This document shows, piece after piece, positions 24,000 to 38,400 of a stretch of 64,000 nt of DNA. Where the stretch lies: contig NC_087256.1 of the NCBI RefSeq assembly GCF_037042905.1, forward strand, positions 8,494,001-8,558,000. Reading direction: 5' to 3'. The notes under the pieces were generated by a model. The model was not told where the DNA came from. It worked only from the letters and a program-made list of their open reading frames with translations, and did not search any database. Within the stretch, counting starts at the first letter, position 1; each line of letters opens with the position of its first letter. A program made the translations under genes and the position numbers. The DNA comes from Lytechinus pictus. Taxonomy: Eukaryota.

Positions 24000-26900
24000 T
24001 TTCTACCAATACTTACAACAAAAAAGAAAACTTTAATATGAAAATCTGTGTGAGATACACTGATGGTTTGCAAGCTTTTATAATCTAAGGTTACAGACAT
24101 GCTAAGCTACTTTTCTTGCCATATAACAGACCCTATAGGCCCCAATATATATACAAAAACATAAATTTACAAAGTATTTTGTGTATCATTTCATGAAAAG
24201 AAAATTGTACAAAGTATAACATCTTTCAATGCTTGTGACATTTTGCTTTCAAAAGATAATTTCAAAGACACAAAACATTTTTTCCAAGAAATACTTTGTG
24301 ATTACATATCATTACATATCATGCAGCCTAGTACTGACCATGCATATTAACTCCCTAATCACATTTCATGCAAACATTCAAGAAACAATCCCATGTATGA
24401 CAATCATGAAGACAATATTGTGAACAAAACACACATACACACTTAATATGATTGTTGAACATCTGCTACATTAAAAAAAATATCGTGCAATATCTCAAAC
24501 AGTGTATGACATGCTGAATTGTGGAATTTGCTCAAATATTAAGTTGCAATACTTGGACTCTCCTTAATCCAGCTAGAATGATATAACATATTTCCTTGAA
24601 AAGCTTAAAAAAAAACAATTTAACTATATTTCTTTGAGTGGTGGCCTAGGATTATTTCTATCAGATTTTAATTGATTTCAATAACCCTAATCTAATGCAA
24701 TTGATTTTTAATTACCCTAATGCAAAGGAAGTATAAATGTGTCGAAGTAAGCAACCAAATGACATATGGCTTTAAGTCCTCTCTGAAAGAAATTGTAATG
24801 AGGATGAAATATGATGTATAGTAGTGGGAGAGGAGACTACTTATTCAGCTAGAATAGAAATGACTACCTATTGATGTTAGATCATAGATTATGAAGTGAA
24901 ACAGAGGTAACATTTGATGGATCAAATTGGTTTAGAAATTGCTGAAATATGTAAAATACAAACACTGACTCTGATACAAGGGAATTGTACACAGCCATTT
25001 GAATGAGGAACTAATGATATTTCCAATTCAATGTCATATGCTATCAGATCTCATTATTTCATGATTACATTAGAAATTAAAGGGTGATAAATAGAAAATA
25101 GTGAGGTGGCTAGGTAATCTCAATATAACAGACCTTTTGGAGGCTATGTGCTGTAATAAAAACTACTGGACTGGTGTTCCACAAAGTGCCCTATTATATC
25201 TTAACAAGCCTACATGTATTGCAAGAAGCCGACAGTGCCTACAGCTACAAAAGCAAACTAATAACTAATGTCTAAGACTTCATTACTTCAAAGGACTAAA
25301 TGTCCCACTGCAACTCAATGAATTGTAATTTTATTACAAAATGAGAGGTTACTTGTTTCAAAATTACAAAAAAAAAAATGAAAATATATTCTGAATTGAT
25401 CCTGTTTAGAACAGAAAGTGGAATGCAATAATCATATAAAAACTAAATATATCAACTTGAAAAGGTTAGAAAATAATCAGACAATTGGATTATGATGCAC
25501 TAGTTTTCATATTACCAGCGAAATAATAATAACCCTGTTTAATAATGAATAAAAGCCCCAAAATGGATGTATTTCAAAAGAAACAGAATCTAAATCAAGA
25601 TTGTGGGAAAAAAATGGAAAAAAGTGGTAAGATAATTGGTAATCCTAAATTCACCTAATGTTCACAGACCTAAAACTGTTTATATCCTCATTCAGCTAAA
25701 GGGCTGATTTTCAGATTTTCTATAGCCTTAATTCAATTTCACTCGAGATATTTACCAATACACAGAAGATATTAAAATCTTCATAATTATTCCTTGACTG
25801 CTTTTTTCTCCGGTTTTCACTTATTCTTTTTTTCTAGAGTTTTATGCTTCTTTTAAAGTGCATACAATTTTAAAGGTTGTATTCTCTGAAATCATTTTGC
25901 AAAATATCAATAAACACGTGGCATGTCTTACAGAAATCAAACTAAACTACACAAGTACATTATCTACAAATTCATTCACAGTTGCATTATATTTTACCAT
26001 GCCATAAAATCTCATAAAAATAACCTTCATCTGAATACCCTGCATTTTCTAAAATCAGCTATCAATTCAAAACATTATACAATAACATGACATTATCTTA
26101 CTTCTCTTAATTATAATTACCTTTTAAGAATAAGAGAAAACTTATTTTTAAATTTTTCTCATGATGCTACATGTAGCTGGCACCTTAGCAAAGGAGGCAA
26201 ATCAATTTCTTGACATTTGATCCAAGCAAAGACAGTGGAAAGATTACAGGGACCTTACCAAGTCTTCAAAGCAAGAATCCTGCAGGTGTCTTATTGCTTC
26301 ATAAAGATGCTATATAAATCCTTTGTATTATTATCATTATTATTATCATTATAAACAAAAACTAGTGGGAAGGCAGGAATGCTATTATGGCAAATGCATT
26401 GCACCTGGCTTTTTTTCTTATTTCATTTTTTTTTTAATTGAAAGGGGTTATGAGTCTTTCATTATGGCTACCTGTTATTCTGCATTGTTTTATCTACAAT
26501 TAATGTGAGGACGGGGATAAGATGCTTGCAGGATTATTTAATGAAATACGTGACTTTTGGGTTAGTAGGGTTCCTTCAGACCTAACAATGGAAAAACATG
26601 CAGGAAAAAAATATGCAGAACAAAAACTTAACCAAAACAATTAAGTTTTTGAAAGCAAATAAATCAGCAGAAAGTAAAAATAATTGCAGTAAGAATAAAG
26701 GAATGAATGATCTGAAAACAAAATTGATGCAAAAAAAATGGTAATGCATGAAGAATTTCAGCTGCAAATAAAATATATTAAAAAAAAAAACAAGACAAAA
26801 TGGGGAATCAAGAAGAGACTCAATAAGAAAATGTTGGAAAATGTAAAAGCCTTTCTTGCACAGCAAAGCTTTAATTGGTTTACATATGGACCCTGTAAGA

Positions 26901-27047
26901 TCACTGTTCTCACTTATATTCAATCTCTTTGAAACCACAGAATTTTAAAGGGAATTATAAAAGTACCATCTTCATCACAATTAAAACATCATGTTTAGAG
27001 AAGGCAAGACATACTAAAGTTCAGTTCAGAAGTTTTCAAATTCTTAA

Positions 27048-27636
27048 AGGACAAGTCCACCCCAACAAAAATTTGATTTGAATTAAAAGAGAAAAATCCA
27101 ACAAGAATATTTCATCAAAATCGGATGTAAAATAAGAAACTTTTGACATTTTAAAGTTTCGCTTAATTTCACATAAGTTATATGCACATCCCGGTCGGTA
27201 TGCAAATGAGGGAACTGATGACATCACTCACTCATTATTTCTTTGTATTTTATTATATGAAATAATATGAAATATTCTAATTTTCTCCTCATTGTCCTGT
27301 GAAACAAAGTTTTATTTCTCCCTGAACATGTTGAATTACCATTGCTTAACAATTTATGGTTCAGTCAAGTTGGTCCTTATTGTCAAATCTGCAAAAATTG
27401 AAATAATGTATAATTTGAACGATAAAAAACAAAAGAAAAAGTGAGTGAGGAACATCATCGATTCTTTAGTTTGCATGTAACTAAATTGTGCATAGAACTA
27501 TTTTGTGAAAAATAAGCGAAACTTTATGTCATAACTTTCTTATTTTACATCCGATTTTGATGAAATTTTCAGCATTATGCTTGTCTGATTTTCTCTATTG
27601 ATTCAAATCAAAATTTTTATGAGGTGGAATTGACCT
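27048..27636. mobile_element. Kolobok/T2-type MITE (AGGACAAGTCCAC family)
   Basis: TTAA|AGGACAAGTCCAC ... GTGGAATTGACCT|TTAA; homologous copies at 30054-~30560 and 62601-63196. Confidence 0.82.
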
Positions 27637-29477
27637 TTAAACGTTAAACAGGAAGTAAGTGCCAATATGTTACACAATCTCACTGACACTTGAAAACCAT
27701 TCATATATTCACTTTTTATGTTGTAACAACTATATCATCACCATGTAGCAATCCATTCAACACCAGGGTGGGGTATATTGTAAAATAGTGTGCTAGATAA
27801 ACCACTATACATATATATAAATTGAATTATAAAAATATCATTATTGATAAAATCTATCTCAAAGGAAATATATGTCATGTCAGTTTTGACCCATGTTGAG
27901 TTTTACACCTAGGCAGTATTCTGTAAATGCTTTCTGTTTATGATATCTTTATTAACACCAAACATCAACACCCTTTTATGAGCACTTATCTTATAAATTT
28001 CTTAGATGTACAAGGGAATCTTTGATACACTTGCACTAAATTTAACACTGATCGCACATGTATACCAGTGCGCTGACATTTTGACAAAGCTTATTGCTTA
28101 TAAATGCAATAGCACTAAACATTGAGCATAAGATTTATTATCAAGATTTATTATCATAATCAAAATTACACCTTGCCATAAATGTAGTTCTGGCATAGGT
28201 TTCTACATCAAACACCAGACGAACATGCTCATCATTAATTTTATACAAGTCAGCATGCGAAACAAGATGCTCTGGTAGATCCACTGAATTCCCATACCTA
28301 AATGGAGTAAAAAGAGAGAGAGAGAGATTAAACAATATTGTGCTGATAAAAAAGAGAGGGAGGAGGGGGGACAGATAAAAAGATGAAAAAAATATATAAA
28401 GCAAACCTACTCTTACATTAGTTTACAGTTCTGTGGTAATACTATAGCAAGGCTCCACACTTACTTTTTTTCTCAGTGGCCTAATCTGTCCACCAGAATC
28501 ATCAATTTCATATTTTTTGTGGCCCGCAAAGCAAACTTAGTGGCCCTAAAACAATAGAAAACATTACAATTTATCAAAACGTTGGTAGCCCAATTGGGCC
28601 ACCAAGCGTTGGCTTTGGTGGCCCGACTCTCACTTTTCGTTGCCCCAGGCCACTGCTAATGTCGAGAAAGATGCTTTTATTATTGACATCAAACTACTTC
28701 AAGCCTTGTTCATACCTAGCAAGGCAAAGCCTAGGGTACTGTTTCATGAAGACTTATTAGAATACACAATTTCTATAACAAGTTCACTATCAACCAATCA
28801 AAGTGAATGATATCAGTAGCTTAAAACTGTCATGAGGAATTTGTTACAAAAACATCGTGAAATGGCCCCAGCAATAATTTGTTTGTGTTTTTATTGTTCA
28901 TTGATGGTGGGTCTGTGATTTAGCATTCCTCTTTATTGAAGCAAGAATGCATTATACTAGTCAACTTTCAAAAACTTGTCAAAAGCTGCAAAGATAATCT
29001 CATAACATAAATAACTTAGATGTCATGACCGTTGTAGTCATCACTGTAATAGGTCGGGGTGAACATACATGTACGTCACAGTGCTATGCTTTCACTGGCA
29101 AAGTTAGTTGCTAGCTGCCTAACTCTCGAGAAACCCAGATAAGGGAAAGACCAATTTGTCTGAGCCGACCTATCACACGTAACAAGTTTGTCAAAAGTGA
29201 GAAATAAGCCAACCCTGGTAAAATGCAATGCAGGTAATAATTTCGCTCATCAAATTTGAAAGCATTTTTCGGCCATGAGACTTAAGAATAGCTCTCAAAT
29301 AAAAAATCTGCTCCTCACAAATGTTAAAAGAAAAAAAAAGTGGAGCAAACTTTAATGTGATACACCAAGAAAATTATTCCCTGTTATTGCAGTTGACTTA
29401 AACACAAAAGTGAAACCTATACCCTTTTTATTGGTTGCAAAAAATGTCTTGAAGATTAAATAAATTTGTATATTACC

Positions 29478-32400
29478 TTAGCAGTTCCTCTCCTCTGGTT
29501 TCCTGTATTCCAATTTGAGCAACTCAAAGATCCCTTCCTCTGTATTGGCAGTCAAGGAACAATTCTGGTACCATGCACATAAATCGAAGCAGAAAAAAAA
29601 ATATGCTAAAGCATTTACCTTTATGGGACTGCATGTATTTGTGTGTACTGTCTTTGAGGTTAATCTCTAATAAATCAACTGTCAACATGATGCATATAAT
29701 TTGATTGACCATTGCAATTGTTTTTTTTCTTCAATAATCAATGGAAGCCTATACCCTACTACAGAACCTTAAAAAATGTGAGCATATCTACAGTACAAAA
29801 ATACAAGAAGTCAAGAAATGACACTTGTATATAATAACAGCTCTACAAAAAAACCTCTCTTACTAACGAAATTTTTGAATATATGCTATGGATAGATTAC
29901 AGATATTTTATGAATCCTCATCAGGAGAAAAAATACAATAGCCACTACAAGCTAAGGCTTTAACTGTAAAAAAAAATCCATAGATACTTACAAAAGATTT
30001 CAAAGCTTGAGATATTTTAATTGGTATTTTTATTCTGTAACATACATGTTTAAAAGACAAGTCCACTCCAACAAAAAGTGGATTTGAATTTTAAAAAAAT
30101 CCACAAAGCATAACACTGACAATTTCATCAAAATCAGGTGTAAAATATTAAGAAAAGTCTTGCTTAATTTCACAAAACAGTTACATGTATATGCACATTC
30201 TAGGTCGCTATGCAAATAAGGGGACTGATGAAGTCACCCACTCTGAGAAACAAAGTTTGATTCCTCCCTGAACATGTAAAATTACCATTATTTTTACTTG
30301 TTATGGTTAAGTAAAGTTGGTCCTTAATGTCATATGTGTAACAATAGACATATTGCATAATTCACACAAGAAAAAACATAAGAAATAGGGATTGAGAGAC
30401 ATCATTGATCAATTGCATGTCACACAGATGTGCTTATATAACTGTTTGTGAAAAATAAGTGAAACTCTAAAATGTAATTTTTTTTTATTTTGTCTTATTT
30501 TTATGAAATTTTCAGTGCTATGCTTTGTTGATTTTCTCTTTTGATTCAAATAAACATTCTTGCATGAATTTATTAGTCGTACCTCCAATATCAACAAAAT
30601 CGTATGGCGAACATTCATTTGCTCATGCAGCCCCTGTTTTATGAAACAAACTCCCAAATTCCCTGAAAACAATCGATTCAGTAAACAAATTCAAAACAGC
30701 TCTTAAAACATACTTATTTAAATTGTACCTAGCCTCAACAAAATGAACTCACCAACACCTCTCTTCCTCTCCTTTGTTTTCTCAAGCGCATAGAGATTTA
30801 TTTGTTATGTGTTATGCGCTATATAAAAACTTACCATTATTATTATTCTTCTTCTGAGGTGAACTTGAGCTTTAACTAGAGTGTTGTGGCCCAGTGGATT
30901 AGTATTCTTACTTTGAAACAGAGGGTCGTATCGAATCCCAGCCATGGCGTAATTTCCTTCAGCAAGAAATTTATCCACATTGTGCTGCACTCAAAGTCAA
31001 CCCAGATGAGGTGAATGGGTACCCGGCAGGATTAATTCCTTGAATGCATGAGCGCTGAAAGGCAGCTCGAGCTAAGGCCAGGGTAATAACAATTATATCG
31101 CACCTCGGAATAGAATATTTCTAGATAGATGGCGCTATATAAATGCCTATCATTATTATTAACCAATTAGCAACAAAAATACTGGCTCTGATTTTTCATC
31201 ATTAAAAAATAGCTCCTATACCTTTTAATGGATATCTTAATCTAAACCAAATATTTCATATTATATCCCTTACTTAAGATTATTGTATTGAGAGTGTACA
31301 CAAGGAGAAAAAGAATAGTTTTACTACGAAAAACGTTTGCCATGAAATAGTTAATTTTCCTTGCTGACGTCACGCATAGTCCATTTTTTCCCTATAAAAA
31401 AAGTGAATTATACATTTTTTGGACTCCCCCCCCACCTCGATTCGCGAGCTGTGCGGCACGTTGCGAGCAGAGCGCTGCTCAGCCCAACGGTACTCTCCAC
31501 TGCATGCCATGGGAAACTTTCGGCGAGCTGCACTAACCAGATGCGCTCGCTGAACAGACGATCCATACGGCAAGGCTTTTTATTTTCTCAACTTCTCAAC
31601 GACGGTTCTATATCGACTTATTAAAAATCGTTTCGCTGTAAAAGTCGGTTATCAACAAAGAATATCGTATGAAGAATATATATGAGTGGAAGGGATATAA
31701 AACAAATATACAATGACCCATTCTCGGAACAGGCTAAAACTATTCGCACTCAGGAACATCACATAGTACTATTCTCCCTCGGGCTGATGTTCCTTCGATG
31801 CGAATAGTTATAGCCAGATCCTCGAGTGTCATTGTATATTTGTATACCATATTTAAGTAACAAATGATTTTTTTTTTGAAAATCTGAAAAGCCAAAAAGA
31901 TTTATTCATTGATATCTTAAAAGAACTGGAGAGAGAGAGAGAGCATACTTACATTAGTCTTATCAAACAGCCCATGACTTGAGAGGTTCATATTCAAAAC
32001 TTTGTTGGCATAATCCCTCATCGAGCGATTAAACATCTTTGAACCCGTCCATCCAAGTTGAGCAAAGGCATACTGACTCGCAGGAGCTATGACAAAGTCC
32101 ACTCTCCTGGCCACCCAGGAACGACCAGGAGCTACAGTCTTTTGCAAGATATCACCTTCCGAAGTGGCACTTCCGTTTGTCTTGTCAAGCAAGGATAAAC
32201 CTGGAATGACTGATCCATTTGCGGAAGCCGCAGCATCGGATGACTCGGATGCAGGATCTACATCCATCGCAGCAGGAATCTGCTCAACAGTTCTTTCTGG
32301 ATCTGAGGTCTCGACACGGATACTCTGCGCAGTCTTCGGGAGACGGAAGATACTGAAGCAACGCTCGTAACGATCAAGAGTGTACCTTGACGGATCCGCA

Positions 32401-35400
32401 CCCTTTTGGACGGTGGTGTTGTTGACAGTGCTGTTCTGGATGTCAGTGTAATCCAGGAGACCTTTCTTGGTGAGGGCTTGGAGAAGAGGTCCAAGGATGT
32501 CTTTCTCTTTGCCTTCCTCGGGATGGGATATCAAGAAATCAACATCATGACCCGTCTCCTTTCCCCTTTTAGGAGAAAAAAAAGGCTTAGATAAGTTGAG
32601 GCATTCTACTAAGGATTAAATCCATACTGTACTGCTAAGGCAACAAAACCTTGTATCTCAAAACAGATGGATGGCCAGATGTTATTTGATTCCTTAGTGC
32701 CATCTTACATCCCCGGTCGGTGAGACAAAATTGAGACACAAAGTATTTATGTAATATGTCTAATTTATGAATACAAGTATTCTATGTTAATAATCACCAT
32801 TGCTAGAAAAGCCACTGGATAAACCTGCACCCACTGGAGTTACTATACAAGATTTTCAGCACTATAAGGCAATAATTCAATGCAATAAAGTAGTCTATTA
32901 TATGACATATGACATTTTAAATAAACTGATTTCCAGACTATTCTTGGAAGTTGTACATGTACTAAAAAAAACAACAGATGACCATGCTTTGGCTCAACAA
33001 CGTATTCAGCATTGCCGAGACAACAAACAGCTGTGTCCATCATTCATTAACAACTCATGATACAGGCTGTCTTTGTAACTGCAACAATAAATATTTACAT
33101 TGCACAATCGCCCTGGTTGGTTGATGCCCCACAAAACAACATTTGCAGCCTAGATCTACGCTAACAGAAATCTGGCCAAGACAAACATTGATATCAACCC
33201 CAGAAAGGGTATGCCCTGCTTGTACTCTGGTACCTCCTCTTATTTGTGCATAAAACACAGGTTTTACATTAAAATTGAGATCACAAAAACCTCCTCGGAT
33301 CATCTTACCTGAGGAACCCACCAGTCATAACAACAGTACTACCAGGACGTATGGCTGCTACTTCTCGAGAGACAGCATCATGGATCCATGCTGCTTCTTC
33401 CTTTGTGACAAGTGTGTTTAATTCATCATAAAACTCGATACCTAGAAAGAATGAACCATTGAATTTATATGAGATAACATCAGCCATGATATTCCCCTCT
33501 GAAAAATAGCCGAGGGTCACTAAGTCACCGCCGAAGTCTGAGACATCCCGGTTGAGTTACAAGCTCTTGCATAGTACAGAAATCGAAAGTGATTTTTCAA
33601 GGTGAGTCTGCATGATAGTTTTATCATTTGACTCAAATAGCAGTAAAAAACAGCATGAGAATGTTCTTGGGCAAAGAATTTCATGTAAAAATAAAAAATA
33701 TAATAAAAAATCGGAATTCTAATATTTTAGTCTGGAGAATATCATGCCTGTAACATTGAAACTGGAAAAGCTTCATTTGTTCACAATCCAGAAGTGAACT
33801 AATGAAAATTCAAATTCATTCACATTTTAGAGGTAGCATAAGTATATGTCCCTTGCTATTCTCTTAATATCAATCTAGTTTTCATAATTGTAATCTTAGA
33901 AAGAGGCTGGAATTATGATCATCGTTATTAGGGTTCACAGACTTTGTATAATGATTTATAAAGTACAAGTTTTATGCAAAATTCAGTAGAAATCTTGTCT
34001 ATAAGCTGACATATGTGCAAATTTATTAATTTGACAATACAATGCACTCATCTAACCGTATGTGTGAGTAGAATAAAAATGTGTTTTTGTCAATTATGAG
34101 AAAAGCAATAGTTATAGTGAGACTGCAAACATAACTATTCATCCATATTAAAAAATATGACTAGGATATTATACGAACAAGTAATAATCAGAGATATAAA
34201 TGCATATAAAATAGATGAGTTGGAAGATAAATATATTTATACAATGTAAAAAGGCAGAAATGTGGATCACACATGTAGGAACATGTAGATAGAAGACAGA
34301 TTGATGCTAGAGATAAAAAGAAAAATATATATATAGAAGAAAGATAAACAGGTAAATAGATAAGTAGATGGATGGATAGACGCACGGACAGACAGATAGT
34401 AGATAGATAGATAGATAGAAGGAAGATATATGTTCATGATATTGAATTACCTTTTAGTTGTGACCTTGTCAGGTTAAGAACATAACTAGCCTTCACATCA
34501 TCCAGACTTCTTAATCCCATCTGACACCATTTAGCTGACGTAGATATACCGCATCCATATACACCTGTAAAGAGCTGTTATAAACATAAGTTAGAAATAA
34601 GATCATCATACTACAAATACTAGGGTCACCTTCCACAAGCACTAGGGAGGCCTTTAATCCTCAAAGAATACAGATACTGAGTTTTAGAGTTCTAGAATGC
34701 CTTTGCTGGTATTTAATTGGAAGTATTGATTTTGTAAGTATTTTACTTAGAATTTTACTTGACAAAGCAAAATGCCTAATTTCATATTCAGATCACATTT
34801 TATTTTATCAAGCCAAATTTAACCCTATCTAGGCCGGGGTATTTTGGGAGTTCATTTGATCTCCGCCGTTGGCAGCGCGATCGCGCCAAATATTGGCACG
34901 CAGGTTGTCTGGGACATAATCTACAAAATTGTATAGAAATTTATTTCATGCAAATTTCTATGAAGTGATTATGCTAATTTATGCGTAATTAGTATGCAAA
35001 CTCATACTTTTATCTCTAACTCCCTAAATAAAGCTCCAAATGTTCTCATTTTTGGTTTGGAAACTCTTTGTGGTGTTCTTAGCAAGTGTACATGAAAAAA
35101 TTGCGATATCAGATCAATTTCTTATGTATCATATTGTTTTTTGCAATTTCTTATGTATTTCTTTGTTTTTTGGACCTTTTATTTTTCATTGTTTTTTCAA
35201 TGAAATTTGTTGGGGACTCTTCTGAGATCAAAAACAGCATAAAATAAATATGTTTGGACTAGCAAAACTAAAAATAATCATACATTTATGATTTTTGGTT
35301 GAAAACACAATTTGCATCGACTTTGTACACGAAATCACGTTTTTGAGTAATTTTTGGTCTGACATGCACTTACATAATGTTGCGTAATTTCGGAACCGCG

Positions 35401-38400
35401 TACCCGGGTGACGCAAAACTGGTCTCAAAAGTTGTGCAAGACTTGAAAGTAAAAAGTCAGCATGCGGCGCGGTCAAAAAAATTCATGCGGCGAAAATATT
35501 GCGCGAATCTTTAAGGGGGGGGGGGCCTCCGAGGCCCCCCCCACCCGGCCTAGATAGGGTTAAGCAAAATACTTACTAATAACCATTGTGATGTCATAAA
35601 GAGCCAAATAATGCGCAATGTATGTATCCATCTGTACACAGAATGCATGATTGCACATATCATGTTTGCAAACTGCACGCCAGCAGTAGGTGGCTAAATT
35701 TGAATTAAGCAAAATTCTTACCCAAAAAATGCAATCGAATACCAAAGATGGTTTTACTTAAGCCAAATACTAAGTAAAATAATTAAAATTCTGGCTTGAG
35801 CATTGAATTGAATACTGGCCTTGGGATCCATTTTATAATGCTGTTCATAAGTTATGCACCAAATGTGACCCCTTAAAATGAAAAGCCCACAATGTATTTT
35901 CCCACTTGAACACAAAGGGAGTGCATTTCCTATAACAAATGGTTTTTTTTTCAACATGGAATTTTCCTATCAGATGCTTCTTAGTTCTCAATGATGAGAA
36001 ATTCAACCCACAAAGATTGGGTTTCAAGTTTACCAGATGAAAATCAAAATGATTATAATTAAGAACCTAATTTAGCACTCAATGACTCTCTAGAAAAGTT
36101 CTGTCATAATTTATGAACAGCTTTATGAAATACTGCTGAAATTTAAATGAGCTACTATGATACTTTGTTTTACGTCACCATGATATAAATTATATGGATA
36201 TTTCACAATTTCAAAATTAGAACACTTATAAATATTTCATCAGAATTCTGAACAGCTAAGGCAACCAATAGAATAGCACTCACCGACATGTTCTGATACC
36301 AAGGGCTGCGGCTAATTCCTTTGACTTCTGAGCTGTACCCTTTCTCAAGTATATCCTGGATGAAAAGACGTACATGTATCACAAAATATCAGCAAAGTTG
36401 GGGGAAAAAACAGCTTTATACTCAAGTTTCTTTTCAATGGTGATAATTACTGAAGGCTGGGATCAGTGTGAAAACTACATTTAAACAAGTGGAATGCCTC
36501 TGGCCGTCTCACCTGCATCACGCGATTCAATATAGCAGCAGTGCTGATTTTGAAAACTACTATAACTCGCACAAGATGTTCAGTGATACTTGGTTACTCT
36601 TATTTCCACGTTTTATGAACTAGACCAATACACTTATAGAGATATGATGGCAATTCAACAAATACCCCCCACGTGGCCAAAGTTCTTTGACCTTACATGA
36701 CCTTTGACCTTGATCATGTGACCTGAAACTCGCATAGGATGTTCAGTGATACTTGATTACTATTATGTCCAAGTTTTATGAACTAGACCAACACACTTTC
36801 AAATTTATGGCTGTAATTCAACAAATACCCCAATTTGGCCAAAGTTCATTGACCCTAAATGACCTTTGACCTTCATCATGTGACCTGAAACTTGCACAGG
36901 ATGTTCAGTAATACTTGATTACTATTATGTCCAAGTTTCATGAATCAGATCCATAAACTTTCAAAGTTATGATGGTAATTCAACAGATACCCCCAATTCG
37001 GCCAAAGTTCATTGACCCTAAATGACCTTTGACCTTGGTCATGTGACGTGAAACTCATGCAGGATGTTCAGTGATACTTGATTAACCTTATGTATAAGTT
37101 TCATGAACTAGGTCCATATATTTTCTAAGTTATGATGACATTTCAAAAACTTAACCTTAGGTTAAGATTTTGATGTTGATTCCCCCAACATGGTCTAAGT
37201 TCATTGACCCTAAATGACCTTTGACCTTGGTCATGTGACATGAAACTCAGGCAGGATGTTCAGTAATACTTGATTAACCATATGGCCAAGTTTCATGAAC
37301 TAGGTCCATATACTTTCTAAGTTATGCTGTCATTTCAAAAACTTAACCTCAGGTTAAGATTTGGTGTTGACGCCGCCGCCGCCGTCGGAAAAGCGGCGCC
37401 TATAGTCTCACTCTGCTATGCAGGTGAGACAAAAAATGTAATTATTTGAAATATTGTTTGATAAGATTTTACTCTTCAAATGCTCAAGATCGTTTTTTTT
37501 CTTTTTTTTTAAGTTTATTTTGCAGAAATAAGTAAACAAGTGGAATGCCTCTGGCGGTCTCACCTGCATCACGCGATTCAATATAGCAGCAGTGCTGACT
37601 TGAAAACTACTATTAAATAATTATTCACAAAAAACACCATACTTGATTACCTCTATAATTTATAACCACATTTTATACACTACATCTATAAACTTTGAAA
37701 GTTATGACAGCAATCTAATAATGATGTTCAAAGATACTTGATTACTCTTATGTCCAAGTTTCATGAATCAGATCCATTAACTTTCAAAGTTATGGTAATT
37801 CAACAGATACCCCCATTATAGCCAAAGTTCAATGACCTTAAATGACCTTTGACTTTTGTCATGTGACCTGAAACTCGCATGAGATGTTCAGTGATACTTG
37901 ACTCTTATTTCCACGTTATATGAACTAGACCAATACACTTACAGGATATGATGGTAATTCAACAAATACCCCCAACATGGCCAAAGTTCATTGACCTTAA
38001 ATGACCTTGGTCATGTGACCTGAAACTCAGAGGGGATGTTTAAAGATACTTGATTACTCTTATGTCCAAGTTTTATGAATCAGATCCATTAACTTTCAAA
38101 GTTATGGTAATTCAACAGATACCCCCATTATGGCCAAAGTTCATTGACCTTTGACGTTGGTCACTTGACCTGAAAGGTGCACAGGATGTTCAGTGATACT
38201 TGATTACTCTTATGTCCAAGTTTTATGAACTAGACCAATAAACTTTCAAAGTTATGATGGTAAATCAACAAATACCCCAATTTGGCCAAAGTTCATTGAC
38301 CCTAAATGACCTTTCACCTTGGTCATGTGACCTGAAACTTGCACAGGATGTTCAGTGATACTTGATTACTATTACATGTATGTGTAAGTTTCATGAATCA

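Noticed and set aside
30879-30950. tRNA gene
   Set aside because: The B-box and T-arm are degenerate, and the sequence continues into a SINE body and (ATT)n tail.
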